Shown piece by piece: positions 55,951 to 64,000 of a stretch of DNA of 64,000 nucleotides. Each line of letters starts with the position of its first letter. The stretch's first letter is position 1. The DNA comes from Candidatus Omnitrophota bacterium (GTDB taxonomy: Bacteria > Omnitrophota > Gorgyraeia > Zapsychrales > JANLHA01). Both the position numbers and the translations under genes were made by a program. The notes under the pieces were generated by a model. It was not told the origin of the DNA. It saw nothing but the letters and a program-made list of their open reading frames with translations, and searched no databases. Where the stretch lies: assembly GCA_020632535.1 (NCBI GenBank), contig JACKFJ010000001.1, positions 282,890 through 346,889 of the forward strand, in the 5' to 3' direction.

Positions 55951-57654
55951 ATGCCTACTGTCCTGACACAAAAATTTTGGCAAGTCCGCAACCCCGATCC
56001 CCGTCTTCAAGTTCTTCTGAGTAATGCATTAAAAGTTCATCCTTTGATCGCGCAAGTTCTTGCTAACCGCGGGATTATCACACCGGAGGAAGGCCATGAG
56101 TTCTTATTCGCGGATATGGAGAAACTGCATAATCCTTTTCTTATGAAAGATATGGAAAGAGCGATTGGGAGGATTAAAGAGGCAGGAGAGAAGGGTGAAA
56201 AGGTTTTAATTTTTGGTGATTATGATGTTGATGGTGTGACATCGTCGGCACTTTTGCATAAAATTCTTACGCGCTTAGGTATAAATGTCAGTAATCATAT
56301 TCCGCATCGCATGTCAGATGGGTATGGTTTAAATGACACGATCGGGCAAGTCGCTAAGGACGCGGGTATTAATTTGATTATTGCCGTTGATTGTGGAATT
56401 ACCGCGAGCCGTGAAGTAGATATTCTTAATGAACTCGGCATTGACGTGATCATTGTCGATCATCATGAACCGTCCCCCGAAGGTCTTCCAAAAGCTTTTG
56501 CGATTATTGATCCTAAGCGCCGCGATTGTTCATACCCCTTTAAGCATTTGGCATCAGTCGGTTTGGTGGCTAAAATGAGTCAGGCGCTTTTTGGTAAGGT
56601 TCCAGAAGAATATTTGGATTTGATTGCCTTAGGGACAATCGCTGATGTTGTTCCTTTGCGGGGAGAAAATCGTATTTTTGTAAAGTATGGCTTGCCCAAA
56701 ATGAGCGAGACCAAAAATTTTGGTTTGTCCGCACTTATTGACGCGGCTAAAATCCGCGGTAAGAAATTTCGTCCGTATTATGTTGGTTTTATTTTAGGTC
56801 CACGCATTAACGCGACAGGGCGAATGGGCTCAGCGCATAAATCGCTTGATCTTCTTTTGGCGGCTGATAATGTGACCGCGTGTGCTTTAGCACAAGAATT
56901 AGAGACTTTTAATACGGAACGCCAGCGGCTACAGCGTGAGGTTGTCGAACAGGCCATGCAAATGGTTGAGCAAGAAATCAATTTTAAGGAACATAAAATC
57001 ATTGTTTTATGTAAAGAAGGCTGGCATAAAGGTGTTCTTGGTATTGTCGCGTCTCGTGTGGCTGAAACATATTATCGTCCGACGATTATTATTTCAATAG
57101 AGGATGGAGTTGGTACAGCTTCCGCGCGATCAATTGCTGGTTTTCATCTTAATGAAGCCCTTCATCATTGCGCTGAAATTCTTGTGACTTTTGGCGGGCA
57201 TAAGCTTGCCGCTGGTTTGACGATTAAAGAGGAACATGTTGAGGATTTTAAAAAGAAGATTAATCTTTTCGCGAAAGACATTCTTGAAATTCGAGATATG
57301 GTTCCGATAATTCATATGGACGCCGAAGTGACATTGTCATCGCTGAGTCTTGAAGTCGCGCAATTGATTGAAGGCCTCGAGCCTTATGGCGAAGGCAATT
57401 CTTCGCCAGTTTTTTGTTCCCGTCAGTTGGTTGTGAAAAGTGCGCCTCAAATCATGGGGAAAGATACGATCAAATTTTGGGTGACAGATGGTCAGGCCAG
57501 TATTTCCGCGGTAGGTTTTGGTATGGCGAAATATGTGGATTTGGTTCGCCCGGGTCAACAAGTTGATTTAGCCTATGAATTGACGATTGATGATTGGAAC
57601 AAATCTCCTACGATACAACTTAAGCTCAAAGATATTCGTGAGAGCACAAACTAA
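55951..57654 (+). CDS. recJ: single-stranded-DNA-specific exonuclease RecJ
   Basis: DHH motifs (IFGDYDVDGVTS, DCGI, VDHH) and the DHHA1 region GGHKLAAG. Confidence 0.9.
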   Translation: MPTVLTQKFWQVRNPDPRLQVLLSNALKVHPLIAQVLANRGIITPEEGHEFLFADMEKLHNPFLMKDMERAIGRIKEAGEKGEKVLIFGDYDVDGVTSSALLHKILTRLGINVSNHIPHRMSDGYGLNDTIGQVAKDAGINLIIAVDCGITASREVDILNELGIDVIIVDHHEPSPEGLPKAFAIIDPKRRDCSYPFKHLASVGLVAKMSQALFGKVPEEYLDLIALGTIADVVPLRGENRIFVKYGLPKMSETKNFGLSALIDAAKIRGKKFRPYYVGFILGPRINATGRMGSAHKSLDLLLAADNVTACALAQELETFNTERQRLQREVVEQAMQMVEQEINFKEHKIIVLCKEGWHKGVLGIVASRVAETYYRPTIIISIEDGVGTASARSIAGFHLNEALHHCAEILVTFGGHKLAAGLTIKEEHVEDFKKKINLFAKDILEIRDMVPIIHMDAEVTLSSLSLEVAQLIEGLEPYGEGNSSPVFCSRQLVVKSAPQIMGKDTIKFWVTDGQASISAVGFGMAKYVDLVRPGQQVDLAYELTIDDWNKSPTIQLKLKDIRESTN

Positions 57655-57655
57655 A

Positions 57656-57683
57656 AAGCCTGTTCTCGCTAAAGAACAGGCTT
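57656..57683 (-). terminator. intrinsic terminator between convergent recJ and rpmB
   Basis: AAGCCTGTTCT-CGCTAA-AGAACAGGCTT. The T-run is present on the minus-strand side (complement of AAAAA at 57653-57), so it serves rpmB best. Confidence 0.7.
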
Positions 57684-57706
57684 AATTGCAAATCTAAAAA
57701 AAGTTT

Positions 57707-57937
57707 TTATGCCGCGCGGACGACTTTGTTTGCTTTTAAACACTTGGTGCAAACAAGGATTTTTGTGATTGTTCCGCCAATTTTTGTTTTGACAGATTGA
57801 AGATTCGGAAGAAAGGTGCGTAGAGTTTTACCAACGATCTTTGAACCCGCGCCGCCTTTACGACGAATCATACCTCGTCTTTTATATTTGTTTCCGGATG
57901 CGGAAGTTTTTTCGCAAATTGCGCATGCTTTTGCCAT
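57707..57937 (-). CDS. rpmB: 50S ribosomal protein L28 (CxxC...CxxC type)
   Basis: MAKACAICEK...RTFLPNLQ...VCTKCLKANKV matches the L28 pattern. SD GAGGT. This is the only minus-strand gene I accept. Confidence 0.85.
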   Translation of the reverse strand: MAKACAICEKTSASGNKYKRRGMIRRKGGAGSKIVGKTLRTFLPNLQSVKTKIGGTITKILVCTKCLKANKVVRAA

Positions 57938-57992
57938 TAAAGTGACCTCATTAAGCTAGATTAAAATGTTCAATACTCTCGTAAGAAGCCTA

Positions 57993-58020
57993 AGTATACT
58001 GAATATGAAAATTTTGTCAA
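57993..58020 (-). promoter_or_regulatory. sigma-70-type promoter for rpmB
   Basis: On the minus strand: TTGACA (58020-15), 16-nt spacer, TATACT (57998-93). Confidence 0.6.
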
Positions 58021-58213
58021 GCGGAAATAATTAACGACATTGTATTAAGTTAGGAATGCTCGATTTAGTAGTTTTTTGGTAATAGCTTTGATAATTACTT
58101 CTAAAAATTTAGTATTCGAATAAAAATTTGCTATAATGCCAACATTGTCCAGCAAAGCGGCCGCTGTGACAATTCCGAAATTTATCAACAGCCCTAAAAA
58201 TTTAGGACAAATC

Positions 58214-59947
58214 ATGACAAACTCAACTCAAACGCTTGATATCAGTGCTTTACCGCATTATCAGAAACGGCGCTTTGTTCCTGCGGATTTTGATTTTTAT
58301 TCGGTCGAAGCGGTCGTCGGATTATATGAAAAACTGCGTGATCGTTCGGTACTGTCCGCGGACGAGTTACAAGAGTGGCTTATCGATCGCAGTGAGATGG
58401 AAGCGGCTTTTGACCAAGCTGGTTCTCTGCTTTACATTCGCATGACATGCCAAACGGATAATCCGGACTATGCTTCTCGATATACGAAGTTTATTGAAGA
58501 GATTGTTCCTGCCGTTCGTCCCATCGAAGATCAACTGAATCAAAAATATCTTTCCTTGCGTCAGCAATTTATTGTCGATAAGAAGCGTCTGGAAGTTTAT
58601 GATCGTAAATTAAAGAATGATGTCGAGCTTTTTCGTAAAGAAAATGTGCCTTTGCAGCGTGATGTACAGCTTTTGAGTCAGGAATACCAGACCATTTGTG
58701 GCGCGATTACGGTCAATTTTCAAGGTGAAGAACGTACGTTACCGCAAATGGCAAAATTTTTGCAAGAACCTGACCGTGATATACGCGAAGCGGCGTGGCG
58801 CGCGACTGCTCAACGGCGCTATCAGGAAAAAGACCGCCTTAATGAATTATTTGACCGTATGTTAAAAATGCGTCATGAAATCGCTCTTAATGCCGGATGC
58901 CGGAATTTTATGGAATATCAATTTCGTTCGTATCACCGTTTTGACTATACTCCGGACGACTGCAAGAAATATCATGTTGCTGTTGAGGAAATCGTTGTTC
59001 CTGTTTGCGAAAAAATTTCTGCGCGGCGAACCAGTCAAATGGGCTTAGATCAATTAAAACCATGGGACACGCAGGTTGATTCGTTAAATCGGCCGGCTCT
59101 TAAGCCTTTTTCAGAAGTCTCGGAGTTGATCGCGGGAGTTGATAAAATATTTTCGAATATTAATGCTGAACTTGGAGCACAATTTCGTGAGATGGCCGCG
59201 TCCAATCTTTTGGATTTGGCAAGTCGCAAAGGCAAAGCTCCCGGCGGATACCAAAATACATTGTCCGAAATTCGTAAGCCATTTATTTTTATGAATGCGG
59301 TTGGCGTGGATGATGATGTTCGCACTCTTTTGCATGAAGGAGGCCATGCCTTTCATGCGTATGCGTCGGCATCGGAATCGCTGTATCCTTATCGTCACGC
59401 GCCGATGGAATTTTGCGAAGTCGCTTCAATGAGTATGGAGCTTTTAGCGAATGATTATCTGACAGAATTTTATTCCCCGGAAGATCGGACACGTTCATGT
59501 TATTCGCATCTTGAGGATGTTATACAGCTTTTAGCGTGGGTCGCGACGGTCGACTCATTTCAACACTGGATTTATGAAAATCCTAAGCATACCGCGGCAC
59601 AAAGAGAAGAGAAGTGGACCGAAATTTATGAGCGCTTTGGCGGAAAGTTTTTAGACTGGAGCGGATTGAAAGAATTTGAGGCAACGCTCTGGCATCGTCA
59701 ACTGCATGTCTTTGAAGTTCCGTTTTATTATATCGAATACGGTATCGCGCAATTAGGTGCACTTCAAATTTGGTTAAAGGCTAAAAAAAATTTACCGCAA
59801 GCGATCGCGGATTATCGGGGCGCTTTGAAGTTGGGTGGAAGCCGCCCTTTGCCAGAGTTGTTTGCCGCTGCGGGTTTGAAATTTGATTTTTCTGCCGCCA
59901 CCATTGAACCGTTGGTCAAAGCGGCGCAGGCGGAATTGGGTTTATAA
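58214..59947 (+). CDS. M3-family oligoendopeptidase (PepF-like)
   Basis: HEGGHAFH zinc motif and M3B-like length. Start moved to ATG 58214 because a TGCTATAAT -10 box (58129-37) overlaps the track ATG at 58136. Confidence 0.85.
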   Translation: MTNSTQTLDISALPHYQKRRFVPADFDFYSVEAVVGLYEKLRDRSVLSADELQEWLIDRSEMEAAFDQAGSLLYIRMTCQTDNPDYASRYTKFIEEIVPAVRPIEDQLNQKYLSLRQQFIVDKKRLEVYDRKLKNDVELFRKENVPLQRDVQLLSQEYQTICGAITVNFQGEERTLPQMAKFLQEPDRDIREAAWRATAQRRYQEKDRLNELFDRMLKMRHEIALNAGCRNFMEYQFRSYHRFDYTPDDCKKYHVAVEEIVVPVCEKISARRTSQMGLDQLKPWDTQVDSLNRPALKPFSEVSELIAGVDKIFSNINAELGAQFREMAASNLLDLASRKGKAPGGYQNTLSEIRKPFIFMNAVGVDDDVRTLLHEGGHAFHAYASASESLYPYRHAPMEFCEVASMSMELLANDYLTEFYSPEDRTRSCYSHLEDVIQLLAWVATVDSFQHWIYENPKHTAAQREEKWTEIYERFGGKFLDWSGLKEFEATLWHRQLHVFEVPFYYIEYGIAQLGALQIWLKAKKNLPQAIADYRGALKLGGSRPLPELFAAAGLKFDFSAATIEPLVKAAQAELGL

Positions 59948-60594
59948 TGAAAAATTTGCAAAAATATTTTATTGTGGTTGTCATGAGTGTTGTCTGGGGG
60001 TTGGAATTGGTGCTCCCGGGATTCGCGCAGAGTCAACAAAACAGCAATGCGAAGATTGACGAATTGCGCAGTCGCGTTGCTGCTTTGGAAGACTATACGC
60101 AAAAATTGCAAGGAAGTCTTAATGATTTTTCCCGCAATCTTGTCAGCAATGTTGATCAACAACTGCAGGCGGTTAAAAGCAATGCGGTTGTTGTAAACCC
60201 GCTTTCCAAGAAAGTGTCTAAGATTGAAACCAATACCGGCACATTTCTTCTGGCGGTTTCGCGTATGGATAAAATTGACAAAGGTTATCGATTGTATTTG
60301 CAAATTGGTAATCCCAATTCCGCAAATTATGGTGATGTAAAATTGCGTTTGTTTTGGGGAAGTATCGAGAATCCTAGTGCTGGAAAAATGACTTATGAGA
60401 AATGGCGTCAATCTTTGACGGGCGCGGAATTTGTTTATTCAGGTGTTTTGGAAGCCGGAGTGTGGACGGATATCGCAGTGGATTTAAAGCCTGCCGAGTA
60501 TAGTCAATTGCATTACATTGAATGCGAGATGGAAGTAAACACGGTTAGGTTGCAAAAGTCCCGCAATTTTGATTCTGCCGACCCTTTGCGTTAA
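59947..60594 (+). CDS. hypothetical secreted protein
   Basis: Signal-like N-terminus, a short coiled coil, then a beta-rich domain. No family recognised. The start overlaps the pepF stop (TAATG). Confidence 0.55.
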   Translation: MKNLQKYFIVVVMSVVWGLELVLPGFAQSQQNSNAKIDELRSRVAALEDYTQKLQGSLNDFSRNLVSNVDQQLQAVKSNAVVVNPLSKKVSKIETNTGTFLLAVSRMDKIDKGYRLYLQIGNPNSANYGDVKLRLFWGSIENPSAGKMTYEKWRQSLTGAEFVYSGVLEAGVWTDIAVDLKPAEYSQLHYIECEMEVNTVRLQKSRNFDSADPLR

Positions 60595-60595
60595 C

Positions 60596-61150
60596 ATGAA
60601 GCCGTCGACACGAAAACTTTCTCAAGTTCGAGTTTTGAAAGAGGGGCGTTTCTTAAGTCTTATGTCTCGGGATGGATGGGAATTCGTCTCTCGAAGAAAT
60701 TGTACGGGCGTCGTCATTGTTCTTGCGGTAACAGATGAAGGCAATGTGATTTTGGTTGAGCAGTTTCGCGTTCCATTAGGCAAGAAAGTTATTGAGTTCC
60801 CAGCAGGTTTAGTTAATGATTGCGGTTTAACACGTAAGGAAAGTATTGTTGCCGCGGCGCGACGTGAGCTTTTTGAAGAAACGGGGTATCGCGCCAAGAC
60901 GATGAATATCGTTATCGATGGTCCAAGTTCGGGTGGAAGCAGTGCGGATGTCGTGACGATTGCTCGAGCGCAAGGGTTGCGGAAAGTCGGCAAGGGCGGC
61001 GGGGTGGATTGTGAGGTTATTGAAGTTTTTGAAGTTCCACTTGCTAAAATCGATCAGTGGCTCGCGCGAAAACGCAAAGCAGGTGTCGCGGTTGATCCCA
61101 AAATTTATGCTGGACTTTATTTCTTAAAGCAATATCATTCAATCTGCTAA
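60596..61150 (+). CDS. Nudix hydrolase (ADP-ribose pyrophosphatase-like)
   Basis: Nudix-box-like segment GLVNDCGLTRKESIVAAARRELFEETGY (the G-to-E spacing looks longer than canonical). Start at ATG 60596 just after the upstream stop. Confidence 0.85.
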   Translation: MKPSTRKLSQVRVLKEGRFLSLMSRDGWEFVSRRNCTGVVIVLAVTDEGNVILVEQFRVPLGKKVIEFPAGLVNDCGLTRKESIVAAARRELFEETGYRAKTMNIVIDGPSSGGSSADVVTIARAQGLRKVGKGGGVDCEVIEVFEVPLAKIDQWLARKRKAGVAVDPKIYAGLYFLKQYHSIC

Positions 61151-61228
61151 AAAAATTTCTACACTTTTTAAAAACACGCTATATAATGTTCGGGTTTATA
61201 AAACACAATAAAATACAGGAGTCGCATA

Positions 61229-62281
61229 ATGAGTAAGATTGTTGAATTATTAGGTAATGATGCAAAATCTCTTCTGGATCACAAGTGCCAGACAATTTCT
61301 AAAGATCAACTTACGCTTCCGAGTCCAGACTATTTGGATAAGGTTTTTATCAATTCGGATCGTTCTAATACCGTATTAAAAAATTTGAATTGGATGTATA
61401 ACAGCGGACGTTTGGGTGCCACAGGATATTTGTCCATTCTTCCTGTTGATCAAGGGATCGAGCATTCGGCTGGCGCGTCTTTTGCCCCGAATCCGGCTTA
61501 TTTTGATCCCGAAAATATTGTGAAGCTCGCGATCGAAGGCGGATGCAATGCAGTTGCCTCCACGGTTGGCGTTTTGGGTCTGACATCACGTAAATACGCA
61601 CACAAAATTCCTTTTGTCGTAAAAATCAATCATAATGAATTTTTATCGTACCCGAACAAATTTGATCAAATCATGTTTTCAACAGTTGAGCAATGCGCGG
61701 ATATGGGTGCTGCGGGTGTTGGTGCGACGATTTATTTTGGTTCTGATGAATCTGCTCGTCAGATCATTGAGGTTTCTAAGGCATTTCACCGCGCGCATCA
61801 ATTGGGGATGTTCACGATTCTCTGGTGCTATACTCGCAATTCGGCGTTTTTGAAAGATGGCGTTGATTATCACACTGCCGCTGATTTGACCGGGCAGGCG
61901 AATCATTTGGGTGTCACGATTGAAGCCGACATCATTAAGCAGAAACTTCCAACAAACAATGGTGGTTACAATGCCGTCAAGTTTGGTAAAACGCATAAAC
62001 TTGTTTATGATAAGCTTTCTAGCGATCATCCGATCGATTTGACGCGATATCAATTGGCCAACTGTTATATGGGCAAAATTGGTTTGATCAATTCGGGTGG
62101 GGCATCGGCTGGTGAGAGTGATTTAGCTGAAGCTGTCAAGACCGCGGTCATTAATAAGCGTGCGGGTGGTATGGGACTCATTTCGGGTCGTAAGGCGTTT
62201 CAGCGTCCAATGAAAGAGGGGATTGGTTTATTAAACGCGATTCAGGATGTTTATCTCGATAAAACAGTCACGATTGCTTGA
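61229..62281 (+). CDS. fbaB: class I fructose-bisphosphate aldolase (FbaB/DhnA family)
   Basis: 350 aa, with the [13 protein letters not shown] region and a K-containing IIKQKLP segment typical of the DhnA-type family. Confidence 0.85.
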   Translation: MSKIVELLGNDAKSLLDHKCQTISKDQLTLPSPDYLDKVFINSDRSNTVLKNLNWMYNSGRLGATGYLSILPVDQGIEHSAGASFAPNPAYFDPENIVKLAIEGGCNAVASTVGVLGLTSRKYAHKIPFVVKINHNEFLSYPNKFDQIMFSTVEQCADMGAAGVGATIYFGSDESARQIIEVSKAFHRAHQLGMFTILWCYTRNSAFLKDGVDYHTAADLTGQANHLGVTIEADIIKQKLPTNNGGYNAVKFGKTHKLVYDKLSSDHPIDLTRYQLANCYMGKIGLINSGGASAGESDLAEAVKTAVINKRAGGMGLISGRKAFQRPMKEGIGLLNAIQDVYLDKTVTIA

Positions 62282-62306
62282 GAATTCGTGCTTTAGGTTT
62301 TGCGCA

Positions 62307-62342
62307 ACGGCCTTGTCGAAATTTTCGATAAGGCCGTTTTTA
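62307..62342 (+). terminator. intrinsic terminator
   Basis: ACGGCCTTGTCGAA-ATT-TTCGATAAGGCCGT followed by TTTTT. Confidence 0.85.
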
Positions 62343-62354
62343 TGTAAAAGAACT

Positions 62355-62383
62355 TTGACAAGACATTTATCAAGACGTAGAAT
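62355..62383 (+). promoter_or_regulatory. sigma-70-type promoter
   Basis: TTGACA (62355-60), 17-nt spacer, TAGAAT (62378-83). Confidence 0.65.
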
Positions 62384-62439
62384 AAAAACACGCTAAGATG
62401 AATTTTATTTGTTAATCGTTTGTGCAGAGGGGGTATGAA

Positions 62440-62769
62440 ATGGCCGCAAATAATTACGAAGCAGAAAAACTACTTAAGGATCAACGAGTTATAGAAGAAA
62501 TACAACGTCATTTGTGGATTGAAAGTGAAAAGGTTGGGCATGATGTTGGTTTTGAAACAGCCAAGGCGGATTGGTTAAAGAAATTTTCGAAAGCGTGGAT
62601 GGCATACAATATGCCGGAAGCGATTGTTAAAGAGCGAAAAAGTGAGTCTGCTCCAAAAGTAAAAGAAGCAAAAGCGCAAGCGCAAACTCAAGCCTTAGCT
62701 GGCAAAGAAGCACAAGCATCGGCTGCAGCTGCGACATCTCCGAAACGCCGCGCAAAATCTTATATTTGA
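62440..62769 (+). CDS. hypothetical protein (conserved-looking N domain, then a low-complexity A/K/Q tail)
   Basis: Start at ATG 62440, 6 nt after AGAGGGGG. The N-terminal RHLWIESEKVGHDVGFETAKADWLKKF looks like a conserved small domain I cannot name. Confidence 0.5.
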   Translation: MAANNYEAEKLLKDQRVIEEIQRHLWIESEKVGHDVGFETAKADWLKKFSKAWMAYNMPEAIVKERKSESAPKVKEAKAQAQTQALAGKEAQASAAAATSPKRRAKSYI

Positions 62770-62807
62770 TTTTCGTGTTTTCTGTGCGCTCTTTCCCTCT
62801 AATTTAT

Positions 62808-62854
62808 ATGAACAAATATTAAGAAAGCAAAAAGCTTTCTTAATATTTGTTCAT
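62808..62854. repeat. perfect 21-bp-stem hairpin
   Basis: ATGAACAAATATTAAGAAAGC-AAAAA-GCTTTCTTAATATTTGTTCAT. It ends 14 nt before the gpmI ATG. Confidence 0.85.
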
Positions 62855-62868
62855 TGAAAAGGATTTTA

Positions 62869-64000
62869 ATGAAAGTCGAAAAATTACAAAAAATTGCAAA
62901 TTTTGCTGGTCGTCCAGGTCCATTGCTTTTGGTTATTATGGATGGGGTTGGTTTAGGAAAGAATGATGATAGCGATGGTGTTTTTCTAGCCAAGACTCCG
63001 TTTCTTGATAATCTTATGAAGGGCAAACTTTATACGACACTTAAGGCTCATGGAAAAGCTGTTGGTATGCCATCCGACGATGATATGGGTAACAGCGAAG
63101 TTGGTCACAATGCCTTGGGAGCTGGTCGTGTTTTTGCGCAAGGGGCAAGTTTGGTTAATGATGTCATTAAAAATGGAGCTGTTTTTACAACTCCGGTTTG
63201 GAAGCAACTTGTTCACAATGCGAAAAAGCCACAACAAACATTTCATTTTATTGGTTTATTGTCAGACGGCAATGTTCATTCGCACATTGATCATCTTTTG
63301 GCCATGCTGCGGAATTGCGCTCAAGAAGGTGTGAAAAAAGTTCGTTTACATGTTTTACTCGACGGCCGGGACGTTTATGAAAAATCAGCGCCGCAATATT
63401 TGGAGAAGACAGAAGCTCTTTTAAAAGAACTTAATGCCAAGGGATGTGATTATCGTATCGCGTCGGGTGGTGGACGTATGGTGACGACGATGGATCGTTA
63501 CAATGCGGATTGGACAATTGTTCAACGTGGCTGGGATGCGCATGTTTTGGGCAAAGGTCGACAATTTGCGAGCGCGAGTGAAGCGGTAGCAACCTTTTAT
63601 CAGGAAGACCCTCAAATCACTGATCAATATTTGCCAGCATTTGTTATTGCGGATGGTGCGAAAGCAGTTGGAACAATCCAAGATGGCGATTCGGTTGTGC
63701 TTTTTAATTTTCGCGGTGATCGGGCAATTGAATTGTCACGCGCTTTTGAAGACGAACAATTTGACAAGTTTGATCGTGTTCGTCGGCCTAAAGTTGTTTT
63801 TGCCGGCATGATGCAGTACGACGGCGATATGCATATTCCACATCATTTTCTTGTAAATCCACCAGCCATTGATCGACCGATGAGCCAATACGTTTGTGAT
63901 TTAGGTATCAAGGCTTTTGCGATTTCGGAAACACAAAAATTTGGTCATGTGACATATTTTTGGAATGGTAATAATTCGGGATATGTTTGTGAGTCTCTTG
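62869..64000 (+). CDS. gpmI: 2,3-bisphosphoglycerate-independent phosphoglycerate mutase, 3' end cut by the window edge
   Basis: My translation of frame 1 from ATG 62869 is open to the window end: MKVEKLQKIANFAGRPGPLLLVIMDGVGLG...MGNSEVGHNALGAGR...LLSDGNVHSH...SGGGRM...ISETQKFGHVTYFWNG. SD AAGGA upstream. The ORF is absent from the track because it has no stop. Confidence 0.9.
   Translation, partial: MKVEKLQKIANFAGRPGPLLLVIMDGVGLGKNDDSDGVFLAKTPFLDNLMKGKLYTTLKAHGKAVGMPSDDDMGNSEVGHNALGAGRVFAQGASLVNDVIKNGAVFTTPVWKQLVHNAKKPQQTFHFIGLLSDGNVHSHIDHLLAMLRNCAQEGVKKVRLHVLLDGRDVYEKSAPQYLEKTEALLKELNAKGCDYRIASGGGRMVTTMDRYNADWTIVQRGWDAHVLGKGRQFASASEAVATFYQEDPQITDQYLPAFVIADGAKAVGTIQDGDSVVLFNFRGDRAIELSRAFEDEQFDKFDRVRRPKVVFAGMMQYDGDMHIPHHFLVNPPAIDRPMSQYVCDLGIKAFAISETQKFGHVTYFWNGNNSGYVCESL

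Noticed and set aside
59812-60411. A 199-aa minus-strand ORF. There are also many other minus-strand ORFs of 60-135 aa, for example 30288-30698, 30646-31026, 19234-19620, 493-888 and 1518-1919.
   Set aside because: All lie antisense to well-supported + strand genes. They have low-complexity or atypical composition and no SD or promoter. They are typical shadow ORFs. At 59947-60594 the + strand ORF has a signal peptide and tight coupling to pepF.

Overview
The window is a gene-dense, about 64 kb core-genome segment from a diderm, LPS-making bacterium. It looks moderately AT-rich by eye, but I did not compute composition. The lineage is probably uncultivated; I cannot assign taxonomy from sequence alone. 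I call about 62 protein genes. All are on the + strand except rpmB (L28). Gene content, in order: KDO/Lpt genes (kdsA-kdsD-kdsC-lptC/A-lptB); tig-clpP; a serC-like aminotransferase with serA; purA; an OmpA-like lipoprotein; uppS-cdsA-dxr-rseP-[cpaF-like ATPase]-proS-rimP-nusA-infB; trpS; scpA; ruvB; cvpA; spoIID; queA-tgt; trmD-rplS-rnhB-yraN; fchA-folD; polA; glgA; coaE; rho; rpmE-prfA-prmC; murA; a split trp operon (trpGDCF ... trpBA, no trpE); M16 and M3 peptidases; rsfS; argS; recJ; a Nudix hydrolase; class I FBP aldolase; and a 3'-truncated gpmI. I found no rRNA, tRNA, CRISPR array, transposase or integrase. The features most worth a second look are: (1) a structured RNA of about 230-260 nt that I cannot classify, with a candidate promoter and a canonical intrinsic terminator, inside the trp operon at 47415-47712; (2) a family of nested-hairpin intergenic repeats (CATTGCGAG ... 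GACGTGGCAATCT-N5-AGATTGCTT ... CTCGCAATG), each just upstream of an operon-internal start codon, sharing an exact 14-mer with that RNA; (3) other long perfect palindromes at 614-711, 24516-24539 and 62808-62854; (4) three uncharacterised genes translationally coupled to trpB; (5) domain-level oddities in housekeeping proteins: ProRS without the INS editing domain but with a CxxC-x15-CxxC insert, trigger factor without a PPIase domain, an LptC-LptA-like fusion, a Rossmann-degenerate oxidoreductase homolog, and an orphan CpaF-type ATPase inside the rseP-proS cluster; (6) two apparently leaderless genes behind identical TGTTATAAT boxes; and (7) an unlisted 57-aa basic protein with strong expression signals. 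Everything is inferred by eye from the sequence and ORF translations; no database search was run.
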